Shown here piece by piece: positions 36,811 to 48,593 of a DNA stretch of 64,000 nt (positions within the stretch are counted from its first letter, which is position 1; every line of letters starts with the position of its first letter). The DNA is from Selaginella moellendorffii. Taxonomy: Eukaryota; Plantae; Lycopodiophyta. The notes below the pieces were generated by a model. The model did no database searches. It saw only the letters and a program-made list of their open reading frames with translations, and was not told the DNA's origin. A program made the translations under genes and the position numbers. The stretch is from contig NW_003314265.1 of NCBI RefSeq assembly GCF_000143415.4, forward strand, positions 16,850-80,849. The letters are read 5' to 3'.

Positions 36811-38519
36811 CAAGTTTGCTAAAAAAACGAAAAATAATTCAAAAAATAGTATATAAGAGTTTAAATTATAAAAAAAGTTTTTAAACAAAAGTATATCTTT
36901 TTTATAATTATTTAAAAATATTGGGATACTTGGGTTAAGTATTTTTGAGTTTGAGTAATACTAAACTGAGTAATCTTTCGGGAAGTCCAAATTAAAAAGT
37001 TTACACTAAATTTTTATTAATATAGTCATCAAGCCTATTTAAAGTGTTCTTTAATTAAATAGTTTTATGAAATAAATTTTGAAATACATTTGTAAAACTT
37101 AAATCCTCTTTCTTTATTTTTACCAAAGTTATCCTCATTTGATAGTACTGATTTGCCATCTAATAAACCATAAAATTCAGGAATTATAATATATAAATCA
37201 AACCAAAATTAGTGCAAAATAATATAATTAAACTATATTCCACAAGGAAAGATAAATTTTTTGGCCTTAAAAAAAATCTACTATACAAAATTTTTAATAT
37301 TTATTCTATTATATTGCCATATGTTATAATTTATATTTAAATCACAAATTTCACGAATTTCAGAAAGTTAATAATTGAAATTTTAGAGAATGGATATTAA
37401 ACACAATCTCATATTTAATACACTATAAATTTTGCCCACTTTAAAGGTTTTCTAAATTTATCTTTCATTTTAAATTTGATATAAATTTATAGCTTAGGTA
37501 GAAATTGAAAAAACAACCAATAATACAGACCTTTTGCCATCGTGACAATAAAAAAAAAATATCTAAAAGAACTAGTTAATAAATAATTTTAAATACCTGA
37601 AGTTACATTTGCAACACTGCTCCCCCCCTTAGGGAGGATCGACATTTTGTTGATGTATATTTGAATCTAAACCATCGGCAAGGAAATAACTCTAAAAAAA
37701 ATTTATGATCATATTATATAAGAAATTTACCAACTTAAGTTAAAGTAACTTTTTTTTCTATTTAATTAACCCATTTCCATTTTTTTACTTAGAGTTTTCC
37801 TTCCTTCACTTCATTTTATACCACTTTTTTTTTCCTTCTTTGCTTTATCTTTTTTATAGGTAGATGGATGAGTTAGAGTTAGTTAGTTCACTTAGAGTTT
37901 AAAAGCACAAAGTTAGATTGGATTTGAGATTTCAAAACTTTGGAATTAATAAAAATATTATAATTTTTTATGGTATGAAAAAAATGGAGTCTATAATTTT
38001 TAGTGGCATGAAAAAGTGGCATGATGAGGTTATTAAAGAGGCACTTGAAATAGAAAAAGAATTAAAGAAATAAGAAGGGATTAAAATTTTGAGAGAGTGA
38101 TGTTGATATAAATGTAAAAATTTGCTTAGGATGAGATAAAAATAGAGGATGAAATATATTTTGTGATGGTTTTTCTATAATATTTTGAATTAAAATGAAA
38201 TGAACTAAGAAATTGGCATTAATTTTAATCACTTTTAATGAACAAAATTCTATTAATTATTTCGCCAAGCTAAAGGGCAATTCCATATGTCTATGTGTCC
38301 TTTAAAGAAAAATTTTCTAAAGAGGTAATTTTTAAGTTTTTATTCTATGCACCCACTAGTGATATATGGAGAAATTTGCACCATTTAGTATTTAGTGTTC
38401 CCCGAAAATGTCTTATAATGTTTGGAATTTAGTAAAACAAATTAAATAATTACTTTTAGACAATAAAAATAATTTAGATGATCTTACAAAAAATTTGCGA
38501 TGCGTTGCATGTAGTAATG

Positions 38520-38806
38520 TTTGGTTTGCTTAATAGTAGTTTTATTCCTTATTATTAATCTAATTGATCAAATAAAAATTTGTAATTATAAACATGTTTA
38601 TATTTCATAAAAACAAGATTAATCTTATTGCATATCAACCATAAGATGGTAAAATAAAAAAGAATATAATAGAAAGTGTTTAAGAAAGTTTAAATAAATA
38701 TATTCATAAATTATAAATACAAAATTAATCTAAATGAATAACAACCATTAAATAATAAAATACCATATCTAAGCATGTTCTAAATGTATTTACTACCATC
38801 CCAGCC
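38520..38806 (+). repeat. Copy 2 of the ~300-bp AT-rich direct repeat
   Basis: Colinear diverged match to 36515-36810. Confidence 0.8.
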
Positions 38807-39040
38807 CTAAAGTAAACCTAAATTTTGGAATCATTTGCACTCAGAATTTTGATGAAAACTCAATATTAATATTATTAATATTATTAATGCTTAAAACAGA
38901 ACTTTGAAAACCCAAGATCTCGGCCGTTCGTTGTAGATGCCCAATATTTCTTTTGTGATTTTAGGGCTTGTGAGGGGTGGGGAGCGCGGGTCTCTCAGCT
39001 GGCGGATTGACGCATTCGCTGTTTTCGATCGCCATCGGCA

Positions 39041-41873
39041 ATGCACGACAATGTGCTGCTCCATCTCTCCTCCAATTCCAACCATTCAGACTCGCTGCCG
39101 TCCAAGCTCGCCAAGCTCGAAGCCAGGATGGCTGGGAAATCTATCCCCGCCGCCAAGCCCCTTCCCGACGCTTCTCCCTCTTCCACAGACTCGGACGAAG
39201 ATGTAAGTCTAGGCCACTAGACAGAATCTCAACTCCCTGTTTTCTTCTTTTCCATTATATGCCACAGAACGCTGGAGACTTTATGATCCAAGCCAGCGCC
39301 AGCTCACAGAAGAGAAAGACATTTCAAATGGACGAGTCGCGAGAAGTAAGCGAATGGACAGTCACGTATACATTCTCGCTAAGTTTTTTTTTTTTTTCTC
39401 CAGGAGGAAAAGCTGGATCACGAAGGCAGGACAACAAAGAGCAGCCGAGGAATGGGCCAACGAGGCCGGGGTGGAAAAGCAAAAGAGGCCAAGCGTCCTC
39501 ACTCACCACCTTCTGCAAAGGTAGATTTTTCTTTTCTATTCAGTTTGAGCGTCTTGTATCGTTTCCTGAAGGTTGACAACGGGAATGGTGCGGAACACAA
39601 GGTCAGTGTTGCTCTCGTGGGGCTTTGTTTTTCTCTCTAATAACTCTTCTATCTTATTGTTTCTCAGAGGTTTTCGGAGGACGAGCGACTTAAGGTACGT
39701 TTTTATATTTGATACGTTCGTGAGGTATTTCTTTTTCCTGGCAAATTTCAGGTTTTCCTGAGAGATGTCTTGTGGAGTAAATTTTCTACAGAGGATCATT
39801 GGATAATCTGTTGGTAGCAGGAAGACCTGATGACATTGAATGCGAGGTGTGCGGGGCTTGGTGAGGAGCTTGACAAAGCTAGATCAGAAGCTTGCCAATA
39901 CCAGAGAACCTGCCAGCAGCTAGAGAAGGTGATATGCTGTGTCTTTTGGCAATTTCGGACTTCATTCTTGAAATGTTCTCAGGAAATAAACGACATGAAG
40001 GAAGTACAGCTCGAGAAGGAGCGAAAGGTAGACATGAACGTTGTTGCCTTTTGCTGACTCGTGTGTGGTCACAGCGATTGAAGGTCGTGTCTGATCTACT
40101 GATAGCAGTTGCAAAAGGTGAGAGGCAGGAAGCAAGATTAAGGGTCCGTCAGGATTCAGTCCGGCTTGGAAACGTGGGAGTCATGCGGTAAGTGACTCTA
40201 TGAAAGTATGATATTGTATCCATAGGCTTGCATCTGGCAGGGCAGGCACCTTACTGTCTGAGGTTTGGGAAGATGGACAAGCATTGAAAGACATTCAAGC
40301 TCGTCTGGTAAACTCAAAAGTTTTCTGTGCCAGCGCGTTATATTTTTTCTATGCAGAAATCGCTCTTGGAACAAAAAGATGCTATTGAGAAACAAAGAAA
40401 GCTTCTAAAGAAAAAACAAAACGGTATTGGTTTCGGCTACTTTCCGCAAAGCATATTTCTTATAAAAATTCATGCAGATAAAACAGATGCTTCGGAAAGT
40501 GATCAGGGACTTGCCGAAGAAGAATGTATAGCAACGGAAGAGATGTACAGGGCGCGGATTTTTTCGATTAAAAGGGTTTGTGAATGTTTCACTTTGGGGG
40601 ATTACTGACTACTCTTGTACAGGAGGAGGAGAACACACTGCGAGATCGCGAGCGCTATGAGCTAGAAAAAGCCTGTTTCATTCGCGAGCTCAAAAGAATC
40701 AGGGACGAAGATGGATCGCGTTTCAATCACTTTCCAATCCTCAACAAACGTTACGCGTTGCTGAATCTCCTGGGAAAAGGCGGCTTCAGCGAAGTATACA
40801 AGGTAAGCCCCACTCAGCTGGGATCAACTTCCTTTCCAGAAAAGTGATGTTTGTCGCGCTTGTTAGGCTTACGATATGGTGGAATACAGATATGTGGCCT
40901 GCAAGCTGCACGGTCTTAACGTCCAATGGAGCGAAGAAAAGAAGCAAAACTACATCCGTCACGCCATCCGAGAGTACAACATCCACAAGAGCTTGGTGCA
41001 CTCTCACATTGTGAGGTTGTGGGACATTTTCGAGATCGACCACAATACTTTCTGTACCGTGCTACAATACTGCGGAGGTTTGTCTACGCTTTTCTTTTGC
41101 ATCAGACTTACTCGTGGTTTGCAGGCAAAGATCTGGATGCCGTCTTAAAATCGACGTCAGTGCTTCCGGAAAGAGAAGCTCGGAGCATCATGGTCCAGAT
41201 CTTCTCCGGCCTCGTATACTTGAACAGAAGATCGCAGCGCGTCATCCACTACGATCTCAAGCCTGGGAACGTCCTCTTTGACGAAGCTGGCGCGGCCAAA
41301 CTCACAGACTTCGGACTAAGCAAAATAGTGGAAGACGAGGTTGGCTCGCAGGGAATGGAACTCACGTCTCAGGGCGCAGGGACATACTGGTAAAACTTTC
41401 CTTCCATCGTCGAAACAATACAAGCTAGAGAGCCATGACTTTGTTACAGGTATCTTCCGCCCGAGTGTTTTGATGTGAACAAGACACCACTTATATCGTC
41501 AAAGGTGCGTTGTTCTCTCTTTTATTTCTTCAGTGGATAGATATTGAAACTACTGCGTCCAGGTTGATGTGTGGTCGGCCGGAGTGCTCTTCTATCAAAT
41601 GCTATTTGGGAAGAGGCCGTTCGGGCATGACCAAAGCCAGGAGAGGATTCTACGCGAGGATACAATCACCAAGGCGAGGAAAGTGGAGTTTCCAACGCGT
41701 CCTAGTGTCTCCGCTGATGCCAAGGTAATGCGCTTCGTTTCCACTGGCGCTCCATTCTATTTCTTGTGCAGGACTTTATCCGGAGGTGCCTATCATACGA
41801 TCAAATGGACAGGCCTGATGTCTTGACCGCAGCACAAGATCCTTACTTGTCCTATGTCAAACGCAAACCTTGA
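39041..41873 (+). CDS. TSL: TOUSLED serine/threonine kinase; multi-exon
   Basis: [89 protein letters not shown]. Confidence 0.96.
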
Positions 41874-41957
41874 GAACGAAGGAATGACCGTGTAAGAAAA
41901 AACCAGAGCTTACCATTATCAACACTTAGAAACAAGCCTTCGATTCCAAATTGGTGT

Positions 41958-43732
41958 TCACGGCTCCAGTGCAGCCAAAACAATACGCGCTGCCGTCCGG
42001 CTTGGACTCTGTAACGCTTCTGGCGGTTGAATCATGTGTAGCACCGACTCGGCGGCTTTAGCTTGATCTTCTCTGGCAGCCACAGGGTCTTCCAGAATAT
42101 TTCTGTGAAGATAGACAAAGTTTAATACCAAAAACTGCGAAAGAGTGAATTCTTACCCAAGCAAGCATGCCAGGCGGTCTGGTTTGCAGGAGGAGAAAAG
42201 AGCTTCTGGAACAGCAGGCGAGTCCAGCAAAATGTTTGGCAAAGAAACATACTTGAGCACTGTCCGCTGCTTGATGATCCACTCGGTAAGAATATTTGCT
42301 CGGTACGCAACCACGCAAGGCACACGACACATTTGTAGCTGCATTACTGCCGTACCCGACGTAACCAAGGCAGCATCACTGGCCTGCGAAAGGAAAAAAA
42401 AGCAAAGAGCATGAGAGTATGAGATGGCGACTTCGAAACTTAACTGCGAACGAGTTGTACTTGTCTTCGAGGGAGGCACCCGGGACGACGACTACAGGCA
42501 GCCCCCAATCTCTCACAGCCATGTCAATAATCCCGGTAAGCGTGCGATTTGGAACGGTTGGTATAATAGCAGCCAGGCCAGGAAAGCTTCGAGACAGGTG
42601 TTTCAATGCCGAGCCATAAATCGGGAGCATTTTATGAAGCTCCTGCGCTCGGCTTCCTGGAAGCACTGTAATAACAGGTGATTCTGCAAGAAAAAAGCGA
42701 GAAAATAAGTCCACAAAACCGAAATAGTTTGATAATTTTACCACTTGTAAGGTTATGATCTTGCCGGAACTTCTGGCCATTCCCGTGAATCATCCACTTG
42801 CTCTGAATCACGTTAAAATCCTGCAAAAACGACGTAAGAAACTGGAGTGTTGCTTTGCTAATCAAGAAGCTAGCCATACAGCAGATTTACCAGCCAAGTC
42901 AAATGCGTCGTCCAGCACGGGATGCCCAACAAACGAGGCATTTAAGCCGCTCGACTTGCATATCCCTTCTTCAAACGGAAGAATGCAAAGCAAGTGATCC
43001 ACAACTTCTGACAAGTTTCGAAGTTTCTCCTCGCCCCCTTTCCAGGCCCAGAAGGACGGGCACACATAATGAACACAGAATGGACCCGGTACCTTCGACT
43101 TTGCACAGAAATCTAAGCAAAGAGCAAGGTGACATAAGAAAGAAAAAACAAGAGGAAGCGAACTTCACACAAGAATACAAAATCAAAGCATAATATCCGT
43201 ACCTTTGATTTTTCTTAGAAAGCGAAACGAGAAACCTTTAGAGTCGATCGTCACAATGATATGTGGATCAAATCGGACAGCGGCGTCCACGGCTTGATGC
43301 AACCTCCTCTAACAACAAACAAAGCTTTTGGTAAAAGAGTAAAAGCACCGAATTGACAGAGCTTACCGATAACGTTATCAAGTGCGGCAAAAGCTCCGGT
43401 ACTCCCATGACCGCAAGATCATCCATCTCGAAAATACTCTTCACTCCCTCTCGCTCCATGCAAGACCTGGATGAAAATGACCAATGCCAGCCAGTTCCCT
43501 CGAATCGAAGAACTTACCCACCGATGCCAGACAGCCGCAGAGAAGCCGGCCACAATTCTCGCATTGCCGCCAAGAGGCGCCCGCCGATGACATCACCGGA
43601 CGGCTCTCCAGCCACGACAAACACACGCACAGGATCGTCGATCGTCCTCCTCCCCGGAGAAACCGCATCGCCAGACAGCCATCTGCGCCACACGCGCCGC
43701 GCCGGGCAAGAGCGCAGTAGCCATGGCGCCAT
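41958..43732 (-). CDS. LpxB: Lipid-A-disaccharide synthase (GT19), organelle-targeted; multi-exon
   Basis: VFVVAGEPSGDVIG, DLAVMG, VTIDSKGF, CPSFWAW, ILPFE, FVGHP, VLPGSR, TSGTA, YVSLPNIL; Arg-rich presequence. Confidence 0.95.
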
Positions 43733-44250
43733 AGCCCCGCCCGCTAGAACCCTAAAATCGAAAACCCAAGCCCTAAATCTGACCGTTGGAGGCGCGTTAA
43801 CTACGGTTAGCCAAACAACCACGGCAGTTAAAATCTGACCTCTTCAAACGTCAAAATTCACTCACATGGCACAAAGATACCTTTGATGCCGACACTCCAC
43901 CACCTTTGATTTTTTGGCATTGAAGAAATTCTGCGAGCTAATTGGCCGCGTTACTCGTTCGCCGGTTTTTTCCAGTTTTCCCGTCCACATCACCTCCACG
44001 TCACCTGACATACCATGCCCGCTCACGTGGCAGGGCTCCACTGTGGAATGGGCTGTTTCTTGGATTTTATTCTCGAGCCATAGAACCTCCAGTGTATAAA
44101 TGCCATCATCTCTGGGCGAGCCAAGTAACTACACTCCAGGTACCCTCCCCCAATTAGCTTATTAGATTGACTCTAAACACTTCATCCTTCCTCCTCGTTC
44201 TTCGGCGTGTTCTTGGAATTTTTTTTCCTGCTGGCCTCGCTCGATCAGAA

Positions 44251-45246
44251 ATGATCCAACAAGAGCAGCAGCACCTTGATGTCATCTCCCAGATCCCTCC
44301 AAATCCTCGCGCGGTGCTGTTCATCGCCCACGAAGGAAACGGATCGCCGCTCACGTATTGGGAGCCGCAGCCGCAGCAGCCGAATTGCACGGGAGTCCCC
44401 GACCACGTCGCCATTGTCAAGCACGCCCTCAGCCGCGGCTACGCCGTCATCGCCATCAAGAGCGTCAAGAGCTTCTGGCAGGACTGGCCGCCGCAAGCCT
44501 CGCAGGACGCTCACAACGTAGTGTCCGTCCTCGTCTCCTGGACCGCGCAGCACGGCCTGGAGCGCGCGCCGATCGTCGGTCTCGGCTCCGGCTCCGGCGG
44601 CAACTTCCTCTCCATGCTCGCGCTCACCATCAAGTTCTCGGCGCTCGTCTTGATGGTGTCCCCGGGCCTCCACAAGGCGCTGGAGCGAGCGAAGATGGCC
44701 CCGGCTTCAACTTATCCTCCGGTTCTGTTCGTCCATATGCCGAAGGACCAGACCACCGCGTCAAAGATCCACAGTCACGAGCAGCTGCTGCGAGCAAAAG
44801 CCATACCTGTTGCTCAAGTCTGCTGCGAGGAGTTCCCGATCGCTCCCTTCTACTTTGCTGCGCACATCCCCGGCTTTGGATCCGATGCCTCCACCAAGCT
44901 CCATGCAGCGATGCAGGCCGAGGGCGTCATCGACGGTTTGGGACGTGTTCTATCGGCTCCCCGGCCTCCGGATGTCTGCCTCATGCTCGAGAAGTTTGAT
45001 GTTTTGCCACTCCAGAGGGACGACCACAGCTATGCGAGGCTCCTGGCTGAGCACATTCACTCGCTGATGAGAGTCGCGCAAGGCCGGCATGCTACCACCG
45101 GGAGAAAGTGTCCGGAGATTTTCAACTGGCTCGACAACCAGGTGTGGGGGCATCCACTTCTTCCAAATTTTCCACATCCAAAGCCACCACCAATTGCCAC
45201 CTCGCAGCATCGGCTGCCGTTTTCGAAGTTCCATCACGGGAACTGA
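44251..45246 (+). CDS. Intronless alpha/beta-hydrolase-like protein of an uncharacterised plant family
   Basis: QIPPNPRAVLFIAH, HALSRGYAVIAI, IVGLGSGSGGNF, YPPVLFVHMPKD; TATAAA at ~44095 and ACGT boxes upstream. Confidence 0.75.
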   Translation: MIQQEQQHLDVISQIPPNPRAVLFIAHEGNGSPLTYWEPQPQQPNCTGVPDHVAIVKHALSRGYAVIAIKSVKSFWQDWPPQASQDAHNVVSVLVSWTAQHGLERAPIVGLGSGSGGNFLSMLALTIKFSALVLMVSPGLHKALERAKMAPASTYPPVLFVHMPKDQTTASKIHSHEQLLRAKAIPVAQVCCEEFPIAPFYFAAHIPGFGSDASTKLHAAMQAEGVIDGLGRVLSAPRPPDVCLMLEKFDVLPLQRDDHSYARLLAEHIHSLMRVAQGRHATTGRKCPEIFNWLDNQVWGHPLLPNFPHPKPPPIATSQHRLPFSKFHHGN

Positions 45247-45917
45247 GAGATCTCTCTCACAATCACTCTAGAGTGATTGCCTCTCCACGATCGATCCGCG
45301 CTCCACGAGGTTCCTGCGCTTGCAATGTGTTTGTATTGTAACCGATTACTGCAAACGGAAACAGTAGTGTCAGTACTAGAGAAGATTAAATCTGATACGC
45401 AGAGCTCTTACGTGCAAGATCCACGACCTGCTTGAGCATCAGATGCGATATCATCGGATGTCATCCAGTTATCTATCCATATGTGCTACACTGTGAGGAA
45501 AAATAAAATCTTTCAGTTCAGTATCATTAACAATGGTCTAAAAGCTCACAGGGAGGAAGAACGCAAGAGAGCAAACAAATATTTCTTCTACAAGCACACA
45601 GATTTCTCCTCCTCCTTTGCATTCAACACAGGACAGTCTATCTCCGGCAGAAGAAGCAGATCAAACGCAACGAGATCAAGCGCGCAGCGCAGCTATTCCG
45701 CTCAAAATCTAGCGATGACAATGGCGTTGGACTAGGATACCTTTGGGAATGGCGCCCGCCGCCATCGCCGGAGGAAGAGCGCGCCGGCGAAGAGAAGGAG
45801 AAGCCCTAGAACGTTCTTCCGTTGAGATCGATGTGATGTGGCAAACGGGCTTCCGTAAACTACGAGGAGGAATTACTCTCCTGTTTGCATTACCGCTTTC
45901 TAGGGTTTTAGCGATCG

Positions 45918-46557
45918 ATGGAGGCGCGAGGGGAGGCCGCGGCGGATGACGCGAGCCTGGCGGAGATTCTAGCCCATCCAGACATCTCCGCGCAGCTCCA
46001 TCGCCCGGAGGAATTCTCCAAGGTAAAATTTGCCATCGAAATATCGACATTTCGTGGGGATTTCTCTCGTTTCTCGTCACGGGCAGTCGCAGCACGGTGG
46101 CTCGCACAAGTTCCTGGTGAGCATCAGCGTTGTTGATAGCGCCGGGCCATTGCGATTCGTGGTGGATTCGAGCGATACTGTGGAGAGCGTTATCCGCCAT
46201 GCGCTGCAGGAGTACGAGCACGAAGGCCGCATCCCGCCGCTGGGAACTGATCCCAGGCCATTCGAGCTCTATTCTGCTCACGACATCTCGGAAGGTAATC
46301 TCTCTCGGCTTTTTCATTCATTGTTCTACCATTTCTTCATGTGTTCTAGATGCTTTGCTTGTACAGCTCTAGAGGATAAGCTCCGGATTGGCGATGCTGC
46401 TGGAGTGCGAGACTTTATCCTTCACAGACGTCCCGATGGCGATCGAATTGCAGCGCAAAAGGATGATCACCCAACTTCTTGGAGATCGAGACTAATTGCA
46501 GCGGTGGCTGCTCACTTTGGCAGCAACAGCAGTGGTGGTGACTCGCATCGCCCGTGA
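45918..46557 (+). CDS. At4g22758-like uncharacterised plant protein (3 exons)
   Basis: KFLVSISVVDSAGPLRFVV..TVESVIRHALQEYEHEGRIPPLG..PFELY; GT-AG introns after 46022 and ~46293. Confidence 0.8.
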
Positions 46558-48452
46558 ATTTGCGACCAAGGCAAGTTTCCATTTTTTTTTTCTCCTTTTC
46601 GTTGCTCTGGAGATCGAAAGTAACGCTCGGTAGTTTCTCTTCACCTCGCCCGCTGCTGCGAGTCCCTTGCCATTTTTACAGGCGTTTCCAGCGAGGACGG
46701 ATCGAGCGAGCGATCCACGATCAAATGAACGATTCCCCAAAATGCGATCATCGATAGAGGCTGTGTGGCTCTGACACAATCACACACACCCACACACACG
46801 AACAGAGAGCAGGCGATACGAGCCATTGGTTTCACTTGTCATAATAATACTTTGCTCTTTAATTTGTTGCTCGTCGATGGGGATGTTACAAGCGAATGAT
46901 TTCCAGCGCGTAAGCTTTTTTTGCGCAGCACGTGGCCCCGGCGGCTCACGTGACGTGTGACGGGGGACGTGGGGTTCGAGCCGCACGGGGCCAAAAACGT
47001 ACTGCCACGTCATGACCATAAGCCATGAGCTGGCATGCCATGTTACATGCCCCCATGCCGCGTATGCATGGGGCAATCATGGATTGTTGATGGTGGCCGT
47101 TAAGGGGGAATTTGGCAAATCGGAGGGAATCCGATCCCGGTCGTCGCCGGTCAGACAGCCCCCGTCAGTCCCCGTCAAGCCCGTCGCCAGGCCTTCCGAG
47201 CTTTAGGCAAATCCGCCCACGTGGTTACCGCCACCTGGCGGCGTTCCATTGAGCGCGGGAAAAAACTGCCGGAGATTCGCCGGAAGCGGTTAAAAATGCA
47301 AACGCCTTGGGGTGAGAGCGCGCCAGAATCGTGGTCCAAATTTCCTTTCAAAGGGTGGCCGAAAACCATGGCCACCACCCCGGTCTCCCGCACTGAATCC
47401 AGCAAAAAAACCCTCAAGCAATCTAGCAAGCCCAAACGACGTACTCGCAAGCTCATTCCCGCATTGCCCTAAGAATCCAGCAAATTGGAGGGAAAAAAAC
47501 TACAGGAATTCCCCACAAGAGCTTACTGGCGCTTATAATCGATTTTTTTGGCGATGAATGAGTCCATTTTCCATAAGCTATCGAGCGCAGCAGGTCTTAA
47601 GGCGTATGCATTGCGTGAGTTGAGGGGGATGTGCCTATTCGCAATCAGTCAACGCTATTGCAACTCATTAGATCCAATTAAAAAACTCGCCCCACACGCA
47701 CAACACCTTTGCATGCGGCCTGCGTGCATGGGGGCCTCGTCATTGACACTCCCCCAAACAAAAGCACAAACCCTAGAAACCCAAAAGGGGAAGGGAAGGT
47801 AAAGGGGTCAGTCAACTTTCCGCCCTTTTCTTAAACCTAGGGAATATACTCCCCCGCCCATAGCAACGGTTTATCTCCTGTTGTCTGCTCTGTTGGGGAG
47901 ATTAATTAGTGAGCCTTAAATTAAGTGCCTGGCAGACACACTCTCCGCAAGAATTGATTTCGCGGGTGATGCCGCGAGAGCTAAAGTAGCTAGGTTTGCC
48001 AGATTTTGTGGGAGGGCGAATATTCCCGACATTTAAATTTCAAATCCAACAAACTCGCAGTACGCAACGCAACAGCGCGAGCGGCTGCCACGGCAATCTA
48101 AAAAATGGATCCAGCGGCAACAGCAAACGGATTCTTATATAATTCGATCTCGTCGCGGGCTCTCCCGGAAGCGGCAAAGCAACAATCTGGATGGCGAATG
48201 CCGTTTCCCATGTCCAAATTCTCGCAACAGCAGCAACAGATCCAATATATGAAACGAAACCGGAGAGAACCAAAGTCCCAAAATCTCGCAATCGATCCAG
48301 AAAACCCAAAGTATTATCGTACAAAGTGTTGTGTTTTCTTAAAAGGATTTGATACAAAAGTTCCCACAAAGGAAAGAGAAGAGGACATATGTTAGTTCTC
48401 ACGTAAGCTCCCGAGTTGAGAGTGTTTGCCCTGGAGGATTTTGATAAGAAAG

Positions 48453-48455
<3 letters not shown>

Positions 48456-48483
<28 letters not shown>
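48456..48483. repeat. (GA)n microsatellite
   Basis: gagagagag... run just 3' of the MMD1-like gene. Confidence 0.9.
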
Positions 48484-48489
<6 letters not shown>

Positions 48490-48593
48490 GTTTTACAAGA
48501 GACAGATCGCGAAAAACCAAGGAGCTTACTTGCGTTGTGAGCCAAGGCTATAGCCGATACGATCGATCGATCATGGAGAGACCGATCGATCGA

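Noticed and set aside
36500-38520. Helitron termini near the direct repeats
   Set aside because: Only vague GCAAC-type hairpin similarity; no convincing TC...CTRR boundaries.
41958-43732. LpxB as bacterial contamination or recent HGT
   Set aside because: It has many spliceosomal introns and a targeting peptide; nuclear LpxB is established in plants.
46560-48590. Conserved miRNA precursor in the long intergenic gap
   Set aside because: No match by eye to the conserved plant miRNAs I checked (156, 159/319, 160, 166, 408) and no clear hairpin.
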